DNA of 64,000 bases from Candidatus Enteromonas sp. (GTDB lineage: Bacteria > Bacillota_I > Bacilli_A > RFN20 > CAG-826). Positions 48,517-59,198 of this stretch are shown piece by piece. The DNA is taken from NCBI GenBank assembly GCA_034171505.1, contig JAXFGC010000004.1:15269-79268 (forward strand). Reading direction: 5' to 3'. The translations under genes and the position numbers were made by a program. The notes beneath the pieces are model-generated. The model saw nothing but the letters and a program-made list of their open reading frames with translations, was not told the origin of the DNA and made no database searches. Position 1 is the stretch's first letter. Each line of letters opens with the position of its first letter.

Positions 48517-49578
48517 TTACTTCTTCGCGCCCATGCGGATGCGCGGGTCAACGATGCCATAGCTTAAGTCGACGATGAGGGTCGCGAATAAGCCAATCAA
48601 GGTATAAATCGCCATGTCGATCATGACGACGGGGTAGTCTTTGTTGGTAATGCCTTCGACGAAGAGTCGCCCAATGCCGGGGATACCGTAAATCTGTTCG
48701 AGGACCATGGAACCCGAGAGGATGCCGATGAATTCGGAGATGATCATCGGGACGATGGGGACCATGGAGTTGCGGAGGGCGTGACGGACGACGGATTGTC
48801 CTTTCGTCAAGCCTTTGGTACGGGCGAGTAGCAAGAACTCGCTGCTCATGACTTCGGTGAGCTCGGCGCGGGTATAACGGGCGAAGGAGCAAATCGAGCC
48901 GAAGCAGAGGGCCATGACCGGAATGATGTAGGCCTGGAAGGCGAGGATCGGGGATGCCGCCGCCTGGGAATCGCTCGGCCACTGGGTCGGGAAGCCCGGA
49001 ATCTGACGGAACATCAAGAGCAAAAAGGAAATGAGAACGAAACTCGGGACCGAGATGAAGACCATGATGATCGTCGAGATCGTGTGGTCGACCCAGGTGT
49101 TCTTCTTGAGGGCCGCGAGAATCCCAAGGCCAAGGCCGAGGGGAATGGAGAAGAAAATGGAGATGATGTTGAGCCGCATGGAATAAGGCAAGCGGTTCAT
49201 CATGATGGAAACGACGTCTTGGTTGAGACCGATGCTCGAGGTACTGGTGCCCCAGTCCCAACGGGTGAAGATGTTCTTGAGCCAGTTGAGGTAACGGGTC
49301 AAAACCGGGTAGAGGCGGAAGTAATAATCGCGCCCGGTGAAGTTGACGGTGATGACGCCCGTCTTATCCGTTAACGCCGCGTATTCCTCAAAGGTGAACT
49401 CTTGGCAAAAGCCGAGTTCCACTTGATGGGACCAGAACCGGTAACGTTCAGAGTTTTGGCTGCTCATCGGTTCGATGGGCAACAGCTGCAGCAAAATGTA
49501 AGTGAGGGAGAGAATAATGAAAGCCGTTAGGAAAATAAACAGAATTCTCTCGATTACGTATTTGGTTGTGTCTTTCAT
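48517..49578 (-). CDS. oppB: Oligopeptide ABC transporter permease OppB
   Basis: BPD_transp_1 membrane domain. Start chosen at MKDTTKYV (ATG 49578). Confidence 0.85.
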   Translation of the reverse strand: MKDTTKYVIERILFIFLTAFIILSLTYILLQLLPIEPMSSQNSERYRFWSHQVELGFCQEFTFEEYAALTDKTGVITVNFTGRDYYFRLYPVLTRYLNWLKNIFTRWDWGTSTSSIGLNQDVVSIMMNRLPYSMRLNIISIFFSIPLGLGLGILAALKKNTWVDHTISTIIMVFISVPSFVLISFLLLMFRQIPGFPTQWPSDSQAAASPILAFQAYIIPVMALCFGSICSFARYTRAELTEVMSSEFLLLARTKGLTKGQSVVRHALRNSMVPIVPMIISEFIGILSGSMVLEQIYGIPGIGRLFVEGITNKDYPVVMIDMAIYTLIGLFATLIVDLSYGIVDPRIRMGAKK

Positions 49579-49685
49579 TGGCCTTCTTTCCCCCAAATTA
49601 CGGGATAAATCGAATGTATCTATCTACGCGAATAGAGCCGGCCTTCCGCGAGAAGATCCGGCTCTATCGAATTGTCGGTGAATCG

Positions 49686-52454
49686 TTAGATCGACTTCGG
49701 GGCGATCGGTTCGAGGCCGATGCTCTCCAAAGTGGTTTCCGAGACGACGATCATCTGCTTGATGAGTTCGTTGGGTTGACCCGGGAAAATCGTGTAGGTC
49801 AAGTAGAACTGAACCGTGAAGCGGGTGACGGAACGCTTGATGGAGTCCGCGATGGATTGGCAATTGCTCTTCACGTCGCCCAAAGGCATCGAGATGGCGA
49901 TGTAACCATTCATTTCCGAGCCCGGGACGAGTTTGCCGCTGCGGAAATAGTATCCGCCTTGGGAAGTGCCCGCGTCATCGTTGGGGAGGATCGCCATTTC
50001 TTCGAGGGAGTCGAAGGAATAATAGCAGTCGCCGTTCTCGTCGAAGGCACCGTCCGGCATATCCATAATGAAGAGGATTTCGTCGTCCTTGGCGGTCTTC
50101 ATCGTATTGTCGTCGGTTTGGCCCGGACCAATGAAGCGTTGATTGGCGCCAAGTTCGGTGGTTTCGCCGTTTTCAACGACGCAGAAGCCTTGGGAGGCCG
50201 TCCACAAAGCGTCGAAGGACCAGTGGAGTTCGCCGTATTCTTGTCCGTCTTCGGCAACCGGGGTGTAGACCGCGGGTTTGCTGCCCAAGAGGTTCGTCGG
50301 GTGGCCCCAGTTCAGGTTGAAGCCTTGGTTGAGGGACGCTGAGGAGGAACAGGTGGACATGAAGTTGAGGGGATCGAGGACGTTACCCGTGACGGCACCT
50401 TCCGCGAAGTCGAATTCGCCGTGATCCATGATCGTGTAGGTATCGGTGTAGCTCGTTCCGCCAATCTTGAGTTGGATGTCGAGGGTGAGGCCGTATTCGG
50501 CGCAGGCCTTGTTGAAGATGTCGGCGACGTCTTTCTTGATGTAGTTGCCGAGGTTATCGATGGTGGATTGGTAACGGTAGAAACCTTCGATGGTGATTTC
50601 TTCGTTCTCCCATCCCGCGTCGTGGAGGGTCTTTCCGCAGCGCTTGAAGTATTGGGAGGCGAGGTCGGGGTTGTAGCAGAATTTGTTGCCCGCGTCCATT
50701 TCGTAGGCGGCGACGACCGATTTGGCGGCGTCGGAATTGCGATACGCTTGCTTACCGGTCGGGTCGATCATGTAAGCGTTGGAGAGGTAAGTGGTGGCGG
50801 GGTTGCGCCCGGCGGTCTTGGCGAGGTCTTCGCGGTTAACGGCGAAGAAGAAGCCACGGAGGAAGTCTTGGTTGGACATGATGTCCTTGACGCCGTTCCA
50901 TTTGCCATTGCCTTTGGTGGCAATGGTCGGGTCGGTGTGCTTGTAGACCTTGCCTTCGGGTCCGAAGAAGTAATTCCATTCATCCAAGGTGGTGGTGTTC
51001 AAATTGATCTTGATGATCGTGGAGCCTTGGGTGTGGTAGGTTTTGCCGTAGGATTCGCCTTTGACGAGGGCGGAAACCGGGATGGTGCATTGGTCGAGTT
51101 TGTTCTCTTTGAAGTCGGCCCAAGCGAGTTCGTCGGCTTTGTCGGAAGTGTAGACCTTTTCGACGTAACCATTGAAGGAATAACGGGCGGCGTCGTGGTA
51201 GTCCTCATTCTTCTTGTAGATGAGTTCCTTTTGTTCTTGCCATTCGACGGGGATGTAAGCGCCGAAGCAAAGGAAGTTGTCGAAACGGTTGTTCTCGGTC
51301 GATCCGCGGACCCCGTAGTTGGCCGCCCCGCCGATGGCGGTGAGGAAGGAAGAGGGGATCGGGGAGTAGAGGGAGGAAGAAAGGGCCGTACGGGCCGTGG
51401 TCGCGGCGTGCGGGGAGATGAAACGGAAGTCGATGACGCCGTAATCCTCGGTGCAGAGGTCCTCACGGACGACGATACCGACGGTGGAGTTCCAGGCTTC
51501 CATGGTGGAGCTGCTGCCGTAACGGTAGTTGGAGGCGCCATAGAATCCGCTGGAATCGGTCATGAGTTCGGTGGCACGGACCATGCCGTTGTCGAGCATG
51601 GTCTTGAACGGGGTGATGTAGTCTTCGATCACGACGTTGCGTCCATCGTAAGTCGGGTCGTTTTCCCACTTGGAGCCGGGGACGGCTTTGTAGGAATATC
51701 CTTCACCCACGTGGAGGTAGACCCGCCAATAAACGCCGGTTTTGTCGACGTTGGGGTCGTTTTCGTCGGTGATATAGGTCTCTTTGAAACGGGTGGCGTC
51801 GTCGCCATCGTCAAAGAAGTCACGTCCGGAATTGAGCTCGAGCATGACGGGGTAGGCGGTCTTGGAGAGTTCGCCTTTCCAAGTGTAGCCGTTAAGGTTC
51901 TCGTTCATTTCGACGCCGAAATAGCCCGAGGTGATCATGGACATACGATCGGAGACGTCACTGCCCGTGGCGTTCCAGCCGTTGAAGGTGCCGGAGTCGG
52001 TGTTGGTGTATCCGTGGAAGTAGGAACGGTATTCCTCACGGGGTTCGACGATCGTGGAATCGCTATACATGTAGCCATTCGGATCGAGGGTGCCCTCCAT
52101 AACGCCGAAACCGTAGTTGGTGATATAGGTTTCGCTCTTGGGGTTCACGCGTTGGGAGAAGGCTTCGGAGGAGGAGTCATCGTAAAGGGGGATGCCCGCC
52201 GTGAAGTTGTCCATCGCGTATTTTTCAAGGGCCGCGGTGATTTTGGTTTTTTCTTGCCAATCGTAACTGGAGAAGTCAAAAGAGCCTTGCGCCGCCAAAG
52301 GATCATCGACGGTTCCCGTGGTTTCGGAGGAGGTGGGAGTGGATGAATCGGGCTTTGAGGTGGACGAAGGGTTGTCTCCGCAAGAAGCTAAGGTCATTGC
52401 GGATCCAGCAAGGAACAAACCCAGTAACGCACGAAGTGTTTTCGCTGAATTCAT
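49686..52454 (-). CDS. oppA: Oligopeptide-binding lipoprotein OppA (large, 922 aa)
   Basis: Signal peptide plus lipobox MNSAKTLRALLGLFLAGSAMTLASCGD. SBP_bac_5-like core with large insertions. Confidence 0.8.
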   Translation of the reverse strand: MNSAKTLRALLGLFLAGSAMTLASCGDNPSSTSKPDSSTPTSSETTGTVDDPLAAQGSFDFSSYDWQEKTKITAALEKYAMDNFTAGIPLYDDSSSEAFSQRVNPKSETYITNYGFGVMEGTLDPNGYMYSDSTIVEPREEYRSYFHGYTNTDSGTFNGWNATGSDVSDRMSMITSGYFGVEMNENLNGYTWKGELSKTAYPVMLELNSGRDFFDDGDDATRFKETYITDENDPNVDKTGVYWRVYLHVGEGYSYKAVPGSKWENDPTYDGRNVVIEDYITPFKTMLDNGMVRATELMTDSSGFYGASNYRYGSSSTMEAWNSTVGIVVREDLCTEDYGVIDFRFISPHAATTARTALSSSLYSPIPSSFLTAIGGAANYGVRGSTENNRFDNFLCFGAYIPVEWQEQKELIYKKNEDYHDAARYSFNGYVEKVYTSDKADELAWADFKENKLDQCTIPVSALVKGESYGKTYHTQGSTIIKINLNTTTLDEWNYFFGPEGKVYKHTDPTIATKGNGKWNGVKDIMSNQDFLRGFFFAVNREDLAKTAGRNPATTYLSNAYMIDPTGKQAYRNSDAAKSVVAAYEMDAGNKFCYNPDLASQYFKRCGKTLHDAGWENEEITIEGFYRYQSTIDNLGNYIKKDVADIFNKACAEYGLTLDIQLKIGGTSYTDTYTIMDHGEFDFAEGAVTGNVLDPLNFMSTCSSSASLNQGFNLNWGHPTNLLGSKPAVYTPVAEDGQEYGELHWSFDALWTASQGFCVVENGETTELGANQRFIGPGQTDDNTMKTAKDDEILFIMDMPDGAFDENGDCYYSFDSLEEMAILPNDDAGTSQGGYYFRSGKLVPGSEMNGYIAISMPLGDVKSNCQSIADSIKRSVTRFTVQFYLTYTIFPGQPNELIKQMIVVSETTLESIGLEPIAPKSI

Positions 52455-52674
52455 ACGTAGTTTCCTTTCTGCATTAGTTGCTAAATCGTTGTTCGTTTTC
52501 GCCTATGCACGTGTCACGCGTAAACGCAAACGTGTAATAAGTAAAATACGCGTACGATTTTTTGCAATAGTTTTTTGGAAAATTTATCGATTAGTGGACA
52601 CCAAAAGTTTATACATTGTACAAATCGTTTCTATGTCCTTATTTATATAATAGGAATTCGTCAACGAATCGAGG

Positions 52675-53070
52675 TTAGACGAGCAAAGCGAAGACAATCG
52701 CGAGAACCAACTCAATTCCCCCGAGAACCAAATACACCCAATAAGAAAACGGCTTATTTTGGCGCTTTTTCTTTTTGGCAATCGAATAGTCACCCGCATT
52801 TTCATACCGTTCATCTTTGTTGTGAGTGAATTGTTCCACGAGGCGTTTCATGCCGTATCCCAAAACGTCAAAAGTTCCCATTCGCCCAATAAAGGCGAGA
52901 CCGGCGATGCCGAGGAGAACCGCGCCTGAAGAGAGGAAAGCGTCGGACAAGCCGATGTAGTTCATCATGCCACGGAGGAAAAACACCAAGCAAAACACGC
53001 CGGCCCCGAGGACGAGAGCGATGATGCTATGGCGGATAAGAGAGATTGTCTTGGGTTTCATTTCGCGCAC
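52675..53070 (-). CDS. Small membrane protein (DUF3899-like)
   Basis: Three hydrophobic helices plus ..YSIAKKKKRQNKPFSYW.. Confidence 0.5.
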   Translation of the reverse strand: MREMKPKTISLIRHSIIALVLGAGVFCLVFFLRGMMNYIGLSDAFLSSGAVLLGIAGLAFIGRMGTFDVLGYGMKRLVEQFTHNKDERYENAGDYSIAKKKKRQNKPFSYWVYLVLGGIELVLAIVFALLV

Positions 53071-53172
53071 ATTCTACGGCCGCGGGGAAGAATTGCAAGC
53101 GCGCGTGCGTTTTCGCTTGCAAAAATTTAACGCGCGTGTATGTTAAAGCGGAACGAAAGAAAGGAGAGACAA

Positions 53173-55341
53173 ATGCAAAACAAGAAAATCGCTCTCTTCG
53201 CCCTCGCGACGATGGGTCTGGTGGCCTTGGCGTCCTGCGGTCCGAGCAACCCCGTATCCTCTGAATCGGGCGGAACCGAGGATTCCAGCGAAATCGCTTC
53301 GAGCAACGCCTCGACCACCCGTCACGCCGAAATGACGCTCAAGAATTCTTCGATTCGCGCCGGCATGACCTTCATCGACGGGGCCGTCCCTTCCACGGTC
53401 TACTTCCCCGGGGATGGCAGCAGCGAAGACTACGGCACCAGCGGCATCGTCACGATCACGAATCAATCCACTGAAGAAGTCTACGATGCCGATGAGCCCT
53501 TACCCGCGGGTTCCTACCAAGTCAAAAATAAGTTGATCGTCGAAGGCGGACGCAGCGTCATCGCTTACGCCGACCTCGCCGTCACCGAAGGAACCATCGA
53601 CCAAGACAAAGGCGTCAACAAAGACGTCGATCCCGCGTCGATGGCGAACTACAAGTTCATGAACTACGCCGGCATCGACACCCTCGGAGGCAACTCCACG
53701 GTCGGTCAAGGTTGCATGCCTTCCACCGGGGAATCCCGCGTCCTCGTCATCCCGGTCGTCTTCAAGAACACCAAGTTCGGAAACGGCACCGCGAAAGACA
53801 ACGATGCGGCCCGCGAAATCCTGCGCGAAGCCTTCTTCGCCAAGAACGACAAGACCGCGGAGCCCGGAGCCGATGGCAAAATCCCCGACACCACCCCGTG
53901 GGAATCCCTTGCGAGCTATTACGACAAAGCGTCGAACGGCAAACTCGAGATCACCGGCGAAGTCACCCCCGTTTACACCTACAACGCGGATGACACCGTC
54001 CCGAGCACCGCGACGAGCGGTTTGGCCCAACGGATCGTCAAAGACGCCATCAACTACTTCAAGAATCCGTCCAACGAATCGGGTTACGTCCTCGACGCGA
54101 CCAAGTTCGATAGCGACAAGGATGGCTACATCGACGGGGTCGAGATGGTCTACGTAACGAGCCAACCCACCCCATCGAGCGGAGGAAGCGACGTCTGGTG
54201 GAATTACACCACCTACACCGATTCGAGCGCATCGCTCGCAAGCCCGACCGCGAAACGAATCTTCTTCTCGCGTTGGGACTTCCTCACCAACGGCTACTAC
54301 ACCTCCTACCAATACGACGCCTACGGCTCGCGTTGGGACGGAAAAGCCGTTGACGCGCACACGATCATCCACGAAACCGGCCACATGATGGGCGCCCCCG
54401 ACTACTACTCCTACGCCGAAAAAGAAGGCGAGAAGAACGGTCCGGCGGGATGCGTCGACATGATGGACCAGAACGTCGGCGACCACAACGCCTACACCAA
54501 GATGGCCTATGGCTGGGTCACCCCCTGGGTCGTGGACTACTCCTCCAACGACTTCGAGGTCACCCTCCCCTCCTACACCGACACGAAGAAATTCCTCATT
54601 GTCCCCGCTTCGGGCAAAACCTGGAACGGGACGCCATGGGACGAATACTTGCTCATTGAGTATTACACCCCGACCGGCGTCAATGAAGAAGACAGCGACG
54701 GCTATCCCGAATGGAACCAAGCCTCCTCGAGTGGCGATAACGCCTATGGACACGGTGGAACCTACCGTCGTCCCGGCGTCCAAATGTTCCACGTCGATAC
54801 CCGCGCCTCCTCCTTCAAGGGCGAAATCGTCGATGGCAAGAAGGTCAACGAAGTCCGGAACTACACCGACACCCCGAAAGCCAAGGAAACCGTTTCCGCG
54901 GATGGCAAGTCCTACGAAAGCGCCGCCACGAGCGTCCATAGCAACACTCCCGCGGGCAGCGCCTCGGGACGTCCGGGATCCCTCGACGGGGTCACGGGCC
55001 AAGCCTCACCCTTCCGTGAACTCGCGGCCATCTTCCCCGGAAGCGAGGCCTCCACGATGGGCACCTCCTACTACTCGACGATGGGATGCATGACCAATCT
55101 CTTCGGCCTCCAATCCTATTATGAGGCGGACAACGACGGAGACGGCGAGCCCGATGAAACCTACGGCGATAAGCCCGACTCCAAGTACGGCGGAGACTTC
55201 TACTCCCCCGCCCACCACAAGAATTGGTACGCCAACGGCACCAAATTCAATAACGGTTACTCCTTCCCCTGGACCATCCAAATCACGGAACAAACCGACG
55301 AATCGGTAACCCTCCACTTCGTCAACAACGAAGCGATCTAA
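53173..55341 (+). CDS. Secreted M6-family (immune-inhibitor-A-like) zinc metalloprotease lipoprotein
   Basis: AAAGGAGAGA RBS. Lipobox LVALASCG. Zinc site HETGHMMGAPDYY follows the InhA-type HExGHxxGxPDxY pattern. Confidence 0.7.
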   Translation: MQNKKIALFALATMGLVALASCGPSNPVSSESGGTEDSSEIASSNASTTRHAEMTLKNSSIRAGMTFIDGAVPSTVYFPGDGSSEDYGTSGIVTITNQSTEEVYDADEPLPAGSYQVKNKLIVEGGRSVIAYADLAVTEGTIDQDKGVNKDVDPASMANYKFMNYAGIDTLGGNSTVGQGCMPSTGESRVLVIPVVFKNTKFGNGTAKDNDAAREILREAFFAKNDKTAEPGADGKIPDTTPWESLASYYDKASNGKLEITGEVTPVYTYNADDTVPSTATSGLAQRIVKDAINYFKNPSNESGYVLDATKFDSDKDGYIDGVEMVYVTSQPTPSSGGSDVWWNYTTYTDSSASLASPTAKRIFFSRWDFLTNGYYTSYQYDAYGSRWDGKAVDAHTIIHETGHMMGAPDYYSYAEKEGEKNGPAGCVDMMDQNVGDHNAYTKMAYGWVTPWVVDYSSNDFEVTLPSYTDTKKFLIVPASGKTWNGTPWDEYLLIEYYTPTGVNEEDSDGYPEWNQASSSGDNAYGHGGTYRRPGVQMFHVDTRASSFKGEIVDGKKVNEVRNYTDTPKAKETVSADGKSYESAATSVHSNTPAGSASGRPGSLDGVTGQASPFRELAAIFPGSEASTMGTSYYSTMGCMTNLFGLQSYYEADNDGDGEPDETYGDKPDSKYGGDFYSPAHHKNWYANGTKFNNGYSFPWTIQITEQTDESVTLHFVNNEAI

Positions 55342-55364
55342 TAGCAAAGAAAGGCAAAACAACC

Positions 55365-57299
55365 ATGAAAAAGAAAAACCTCTTGGTGATGAGCCTCGCC
55401 CTCCTCTGCGGAGCGGCCCTCACCGCCTGCGGTGGAGACCCCGTCACCTCTCCCAACGAACCCGAAGAAAGCTATGTCGAGGACACCCGTCGCTTCAACA
55501 TCTACTTCGACGAAGAATTGACCACCCAAATCGCGAGTGGCAACATCGAGCTCGAAGTCGGCAAGCGTTTCCTCCTCTGGCAACACATCTCCGTCCCGGG
55601 CGGAACCTACACCCTCGAAGCCCTCACCGACAACATTGAGATCGACGGCCACGTCATCGTCGCCAAGGCCTATGGACCCTTCAAGGTCAAGATTGCCGCC
55701 GCCGAAGACGGCACCACCAAGACCGTCAACAAGTCCATCTCCGGCAACGTCGTTTCCAGTGGCAAAATCGCCTTCAACAACCTCTGGAACGCCGCTTCGG
55801 AAAACGGGAACTACACCGCGACCAACGAATACTTCGGCACCGTCCTCCACAACGAAAACTACATCGAAATGGAGATGAGCAGCGATAACAGCGGCAACCG
55901 CATCTTCACCGGCAACGTCTACGACGAAAAGAGCGGTCATTACTACACCTACGACTACAGCGAAAACGCCCCGCAAAACCTCGAATGGGGCAGCGGCTAT
56001 GGCGCGAGCATGGAAATGCTCATGACCACCAAAGGATTCGGCATCCCCTCTTCCTCCTGGGTCGAGCAATTCGATGAATCCGGCAACTCCCTCAACAAGT
56101 TCGTCCTCGAAGATACCTTTGACACCCATGGGTTCAGCTCGCTCATCGATCCGTTCATGGACAAGCTCTTCTCCATCGGAAACGGCTACTCCGTCCTCGT
56201 GAGCCGCGCCTCCGCGACCAAACTCGTCGCCACTTTGGACGAAGCGAGCAACTCCCTTATCCTCACCGCCGCCCGCGACAACGGTTCCTTGATCAAGACC
56301 TATGTTTCCGGCACCACCACCTATAACGTGGTCACAACCATCTCCGACATCGGTTTCACCGCCCACGACGAAGTCGATGCCTGGCTTGCGAACCCGGTTT
56401 ACCCTGAACAAGTCGACGTTTCGAAGTTGAAACAATTCTTCCTCGACATCGAAAAAGCCCAAAACTACACCTGCGTCCGCCAAGGATCCTGGTTTGACCT
56501 CACCAGCGGACAATTCATCGAAGCCCCGCAAAAGGCCGTCGATTCCGGATTCGCCGATTACTTGAATGCCTACACCGCCGTGGACTTCGTCGCGGACGAA
56601 GCCCTCGTCAACGTCGTCATTGCCAATACCCCGGGCATCTACAACTACATCGGGCAAGGCGGTATCGTTGAAGGATGGACCGTCCCCGAAGTCGGCAGTG
56701 TCCGCACCTACTTCGCCAACGAATACGGATTGAGCGGAGCCGCCGGTACCATGGATGAGGAGACTGGCGTGGTCACTTACGACGCCGCCCAAAGCCTGAA
56801 TTCCTCCGTCACCTCCATCTGGGGTCACGCGAAGAGTGAAACCGGCTGGTCGGTCCCCCTCGTCCACGAAGGCCTCGCCGACATCATCGACCTCATGTCC
56901 TTCTCCAGGCACTCCGTCGACGCGGGACTCGATCTTTACTACTTCGGCACCACCGGCGATGACTGCAACCCGAACGCCGAGGACAACCGCGTCCTCTTCT
57001 ACTGGGGCGATGAGAAAGCCCCCGAGAGCATCTTCGGCGGATTCGAAAGCTTCGTGAGCTACCTCTCCCCGGATGGCCTCGACACCAACACCAACGTCAT
57101 GGCGAACATCCTCTTCGGCCGTACCGGCATGGAATACTACTACAGCCGCTTCTTCGTCTTGGAGAAAGGCCACCTCGAAATGGATTCGATACTTCTCTAC
57201 GACTCCAAGACCGCTTACGTCACCACGATCTCCTGGCAAGACGTCGGCACCACCGAACTTGACTCGGGCACCCTCTCCCTCATCGGAAAGGCCGCCTAA
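55365..57299 (+). CDS. Lipoprotein, unknown function
   Basis: MKKKNLLVMSLALLCGAALTACGG. 644 aa. No family recognised. Confidence 0.7.
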   Translation: MKKKNLLVMSLALLCGAALTACGGDPVTSPNEPEESYVEDTRRFNIYFDEELTTQIASGNIELEVGKRFLLWQHISVPGGTYTLEALTDNIEIDGHVIVAKAYGPFKVKIAAAEDGTTKTVNKSISGNVVSSGKIAFNNLWNAASENGNYTATNEYFGTVLHNENYIEMEMSSDNSGNRIFTGNVYDEKSGHYYTYDYSENAPQNLEWGSGYGASMEMLMTTKGFGIPSSSWVEQFDESGNSLNKFVLEDTFDTHGFSSLIDPFMDKLFSIGNGYSVLVSRASATKLVATLDEASNSLILTAARDNGSLIKTYVSGTTTYNVVTTISDIGFTAHDEVDAWLANPVYPEQVDVSKLKQFFLDIEKAQNYTCVRQGSWFDLTSGQFIEAPQKAVDSGFADYLNAYTAVDFVADEALVNVVIANTPGIYNYIGQGGIVEGWTVPEVGSVRTYFANEYGLSGAAGTMDEETGVVTYDAAQSLNSSVTSIWGHAKSETGWSVPLVHEGLADIIDLMSFSRHSVDAGLDLYYFGTTGDDCNPNAEDNRVLFYWGDEKAPESIFGGFESFVSYLSPDGLDTNTNVMANILFGRTGMEYYYSRFFVLEKGHLEMDSILLYDSKTAYVTTISWQDVGTTELDSGTLSLIGKAA

Positions 57300-57316
57300 G
57301 GCAAAAAACCAATCCT

Positions 57317-57345
57317 CCGCCCGGGCTTCCGGGCGGTTTTCTTTT
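57317..57345 (+). terminator. Rho-independent terminator
   Basis: ccgcccggg-ctt-cccgggcgg stem followed by TTTTCTTTT. Confidence 0.55.
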
Positions 57346-57452
57346 GCACTTTTTAGTGTAAAATAACCAAAAATAAGGGGGACGTATATTCAAATTCCTC
57401 TTGTTTTAAGGTAAAAGAAAAACCCGCGAAGAAGTTCTTGCGGGTTAAGGGT

Positions 57453-59036
57453 TTAGTTGTTCACGAAGATCGCGACGTATTCGGGAACGGAGCAATAGAC
57501 GTGTAAGACGACCGTCCCGGCGTATCCGTCGTTTCCTTGGGTCATCTCCACGTTGACCCCGATGCCATAGGAGCTCGTGGACGAGGAATAGGAATAACCG
57601 ACTTCGTTGTCGTTCGCGAGGCTTAATTCCCCGAGGTCCGCGTATCCCGCCTCCGTTAAGGAAGCAAGGTAAGAGGAGACGAAGTTGCCCGCTTCGCTTA
57701 CGTCCTCGATTTCTAAGACCACCACGTAGGCGGCGAGGAGATAAGGATTCACCCCATTGGAGAGGTAATAATCGTTTAGGTACTCCGTGTCATCTTCATA
57801 ACGGACTCCGGAGATGGCGCTAGAAGAGGGGAGCAAGGGCAAGGGGCATCCCAGATTATGGGAGGTGTTATAGATTCCTTCGTTCCAGGAAGTGAAGAAG
57901 GCATTGACCTCCCCCACCCCTTTATAGGTCACCGACGGGGTGACGAGGATATAGCTGCAGCCAGAGACGTAGGAGATTTGGACCCGTAAGGAGGATTCGC
58001 GGTAGGTATCCCCTTCTCCTCCTTTGGTTTCATGGATGTAGTAGGTCGAGAATCCCGTGGAGGTGCTTTCCCGTTTCATGGTGAATCCATTCGCGACGAG
58101 TAACGTTACGTAATCCGAATAGAGGTTCACCCCATCCACCGAAATCTGCAGTACCCCGTAGCGGAGGAGTTCTTTGTATTGGACGGTGGAAACACTCGGG
58201 AAAGGAAGCGCGTTTTCTTGTCCCGGGATCGAAGAAAGGAAGTTCGAGGCGGTTTCTCCCCAAGTCGAAGGAATCGGGAGAGGGGTCGGGTTTGTGATGG
58301 CTTCTTTGAGTTCTCCCTTAGCTTCCAAACTTCCCAGGAGGGTCAGCTCCGCCTTCATCTTGGTGGTGATGGGGTTCCCCGACTCCTGCTCGAGGATCGT
58401 GAATACCGCGGTGACGGAAGTCCCTTCTTCGTTTAGGGCGAAGTTCGCCTTCGTGACGGTGGAGGAATCATCGAGTTCCACCCCCATCACGGAGAACCAG
58501 GCGGACGCGGCGAGTGGGACGTTCTTCTCCATCTTGGAGGAATAGGAAAGGGAGTCCTTGCCTCGGGAATAAAGGTTTTCATCCGCGAGTTCTTCCAGCA
58601 GATGGATGTCCGCGTCCTTAAGGGTCGTTCCCACTCCGAGGGGATCCCCAAGAGTAAAGGAACCATCTTCCCCGAGGTAATAGGAGAATAACCCTTGGTC
58701 GGCGTAAACCATGACGCCTTGGTCGGTTAAGGTCTCCCCGTAATAAGAATCGTAGATTTCCTTGAGGTATTCCCCGTTGGTTTGGTAAGCGCAGGTATCC
58801 GAATAAAAATCAAAGGCGATGTAGTCTTTGTATTCTCCGTTATCTTCTAGGAAGGTTTGGATGCGTCCCACGTTGCTTTTCGCATTGTTTAGGAACGCCT
58901 GAAAAGGGGCTTCGTCCACCACTTCCGAGGAAGAGGGGAAAGAAGGTTCGCTGACGTTTGGGGAGGATTCCGAAGAAGTGCCCCCGCAAGAAGCGAGCAA
59001 GAGGGACAAAGTGAGGGGAATCAGGTATTTTTTCAT
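57453..59036 (-). CDS. Lipoprotein, unknown function
   Basis: GGAGG lies 7 nt before ATG 59036. MKKYLIPLTLSLLLASCGG. Confidence 0.7.
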   Translation of the reverse strand: MKKYLIPLTLSLLLASCGGTSSESSPNVSEPSFPSSSEVVDEAPFQAFLNNAKSNVGRIQTFLEDNGEYKDYIAFDFYSDTCAYQTNGEYLKEIYDSYYGETLTDQGVMVYADQGLFSYYLGEDGSFTLGDPLGVGTTLKDADIHLLEELADENLYSRGKDSLSYSSKMEKNVPLAASAWFSVMGVELDDSSTVTKANFALNEEGTSVTAVFTILEQESGNPITTKMKAELTLLGSLEAKGELKEAITNPTPLPIPSTWGETASNFLSSIPGQENALPFPSVSTVQYKELLRYGVLQISVDGVNLYSDYVTLLVANGFTMKRESTSTGFSTYYIHETKGGEGDTYRESSLRVQISYVSGCSYILVTPSVTYKGVGEVNAFFTSWNEGIYNTSHNLGCPLPLLPSSSAISGVRYEDDTEYLNDYYLSNGVNPYLLAAYVVVLEIEDVSEAGNFVSSYLASLTEAGYADLGELSLANDNEVGYSYSSSTSSYGIGVNVEMTQGNDGYAGTVVLHVYCSVPEYVAIFVNN

Positions 59037-59154
59037 GGGCAAACCTCCGTTTTCCTTAAGGAAAATCTCCTAATTATGTCAGCAGAATCCATTTCTTTCA
59101 ACACATAGGGAACATCCCTTGTTTTTTGTTTGGTTGTCGAAATGAAAAACAACG

Positions 59155-59182
59155 AAAAAGCGCGACTTTTTACGGTCGCGCT
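59155..59182 (-). terminator. Rho-independent terminator of the rubrerythrin gene
   Basis: On the minus strand, agcgcgacc-gtaaaaa-gtcgcgct followed by TTTTT. Confidence 0.5.
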
Positions 59183-59198
59183 GAATGGAATTTCCGAA

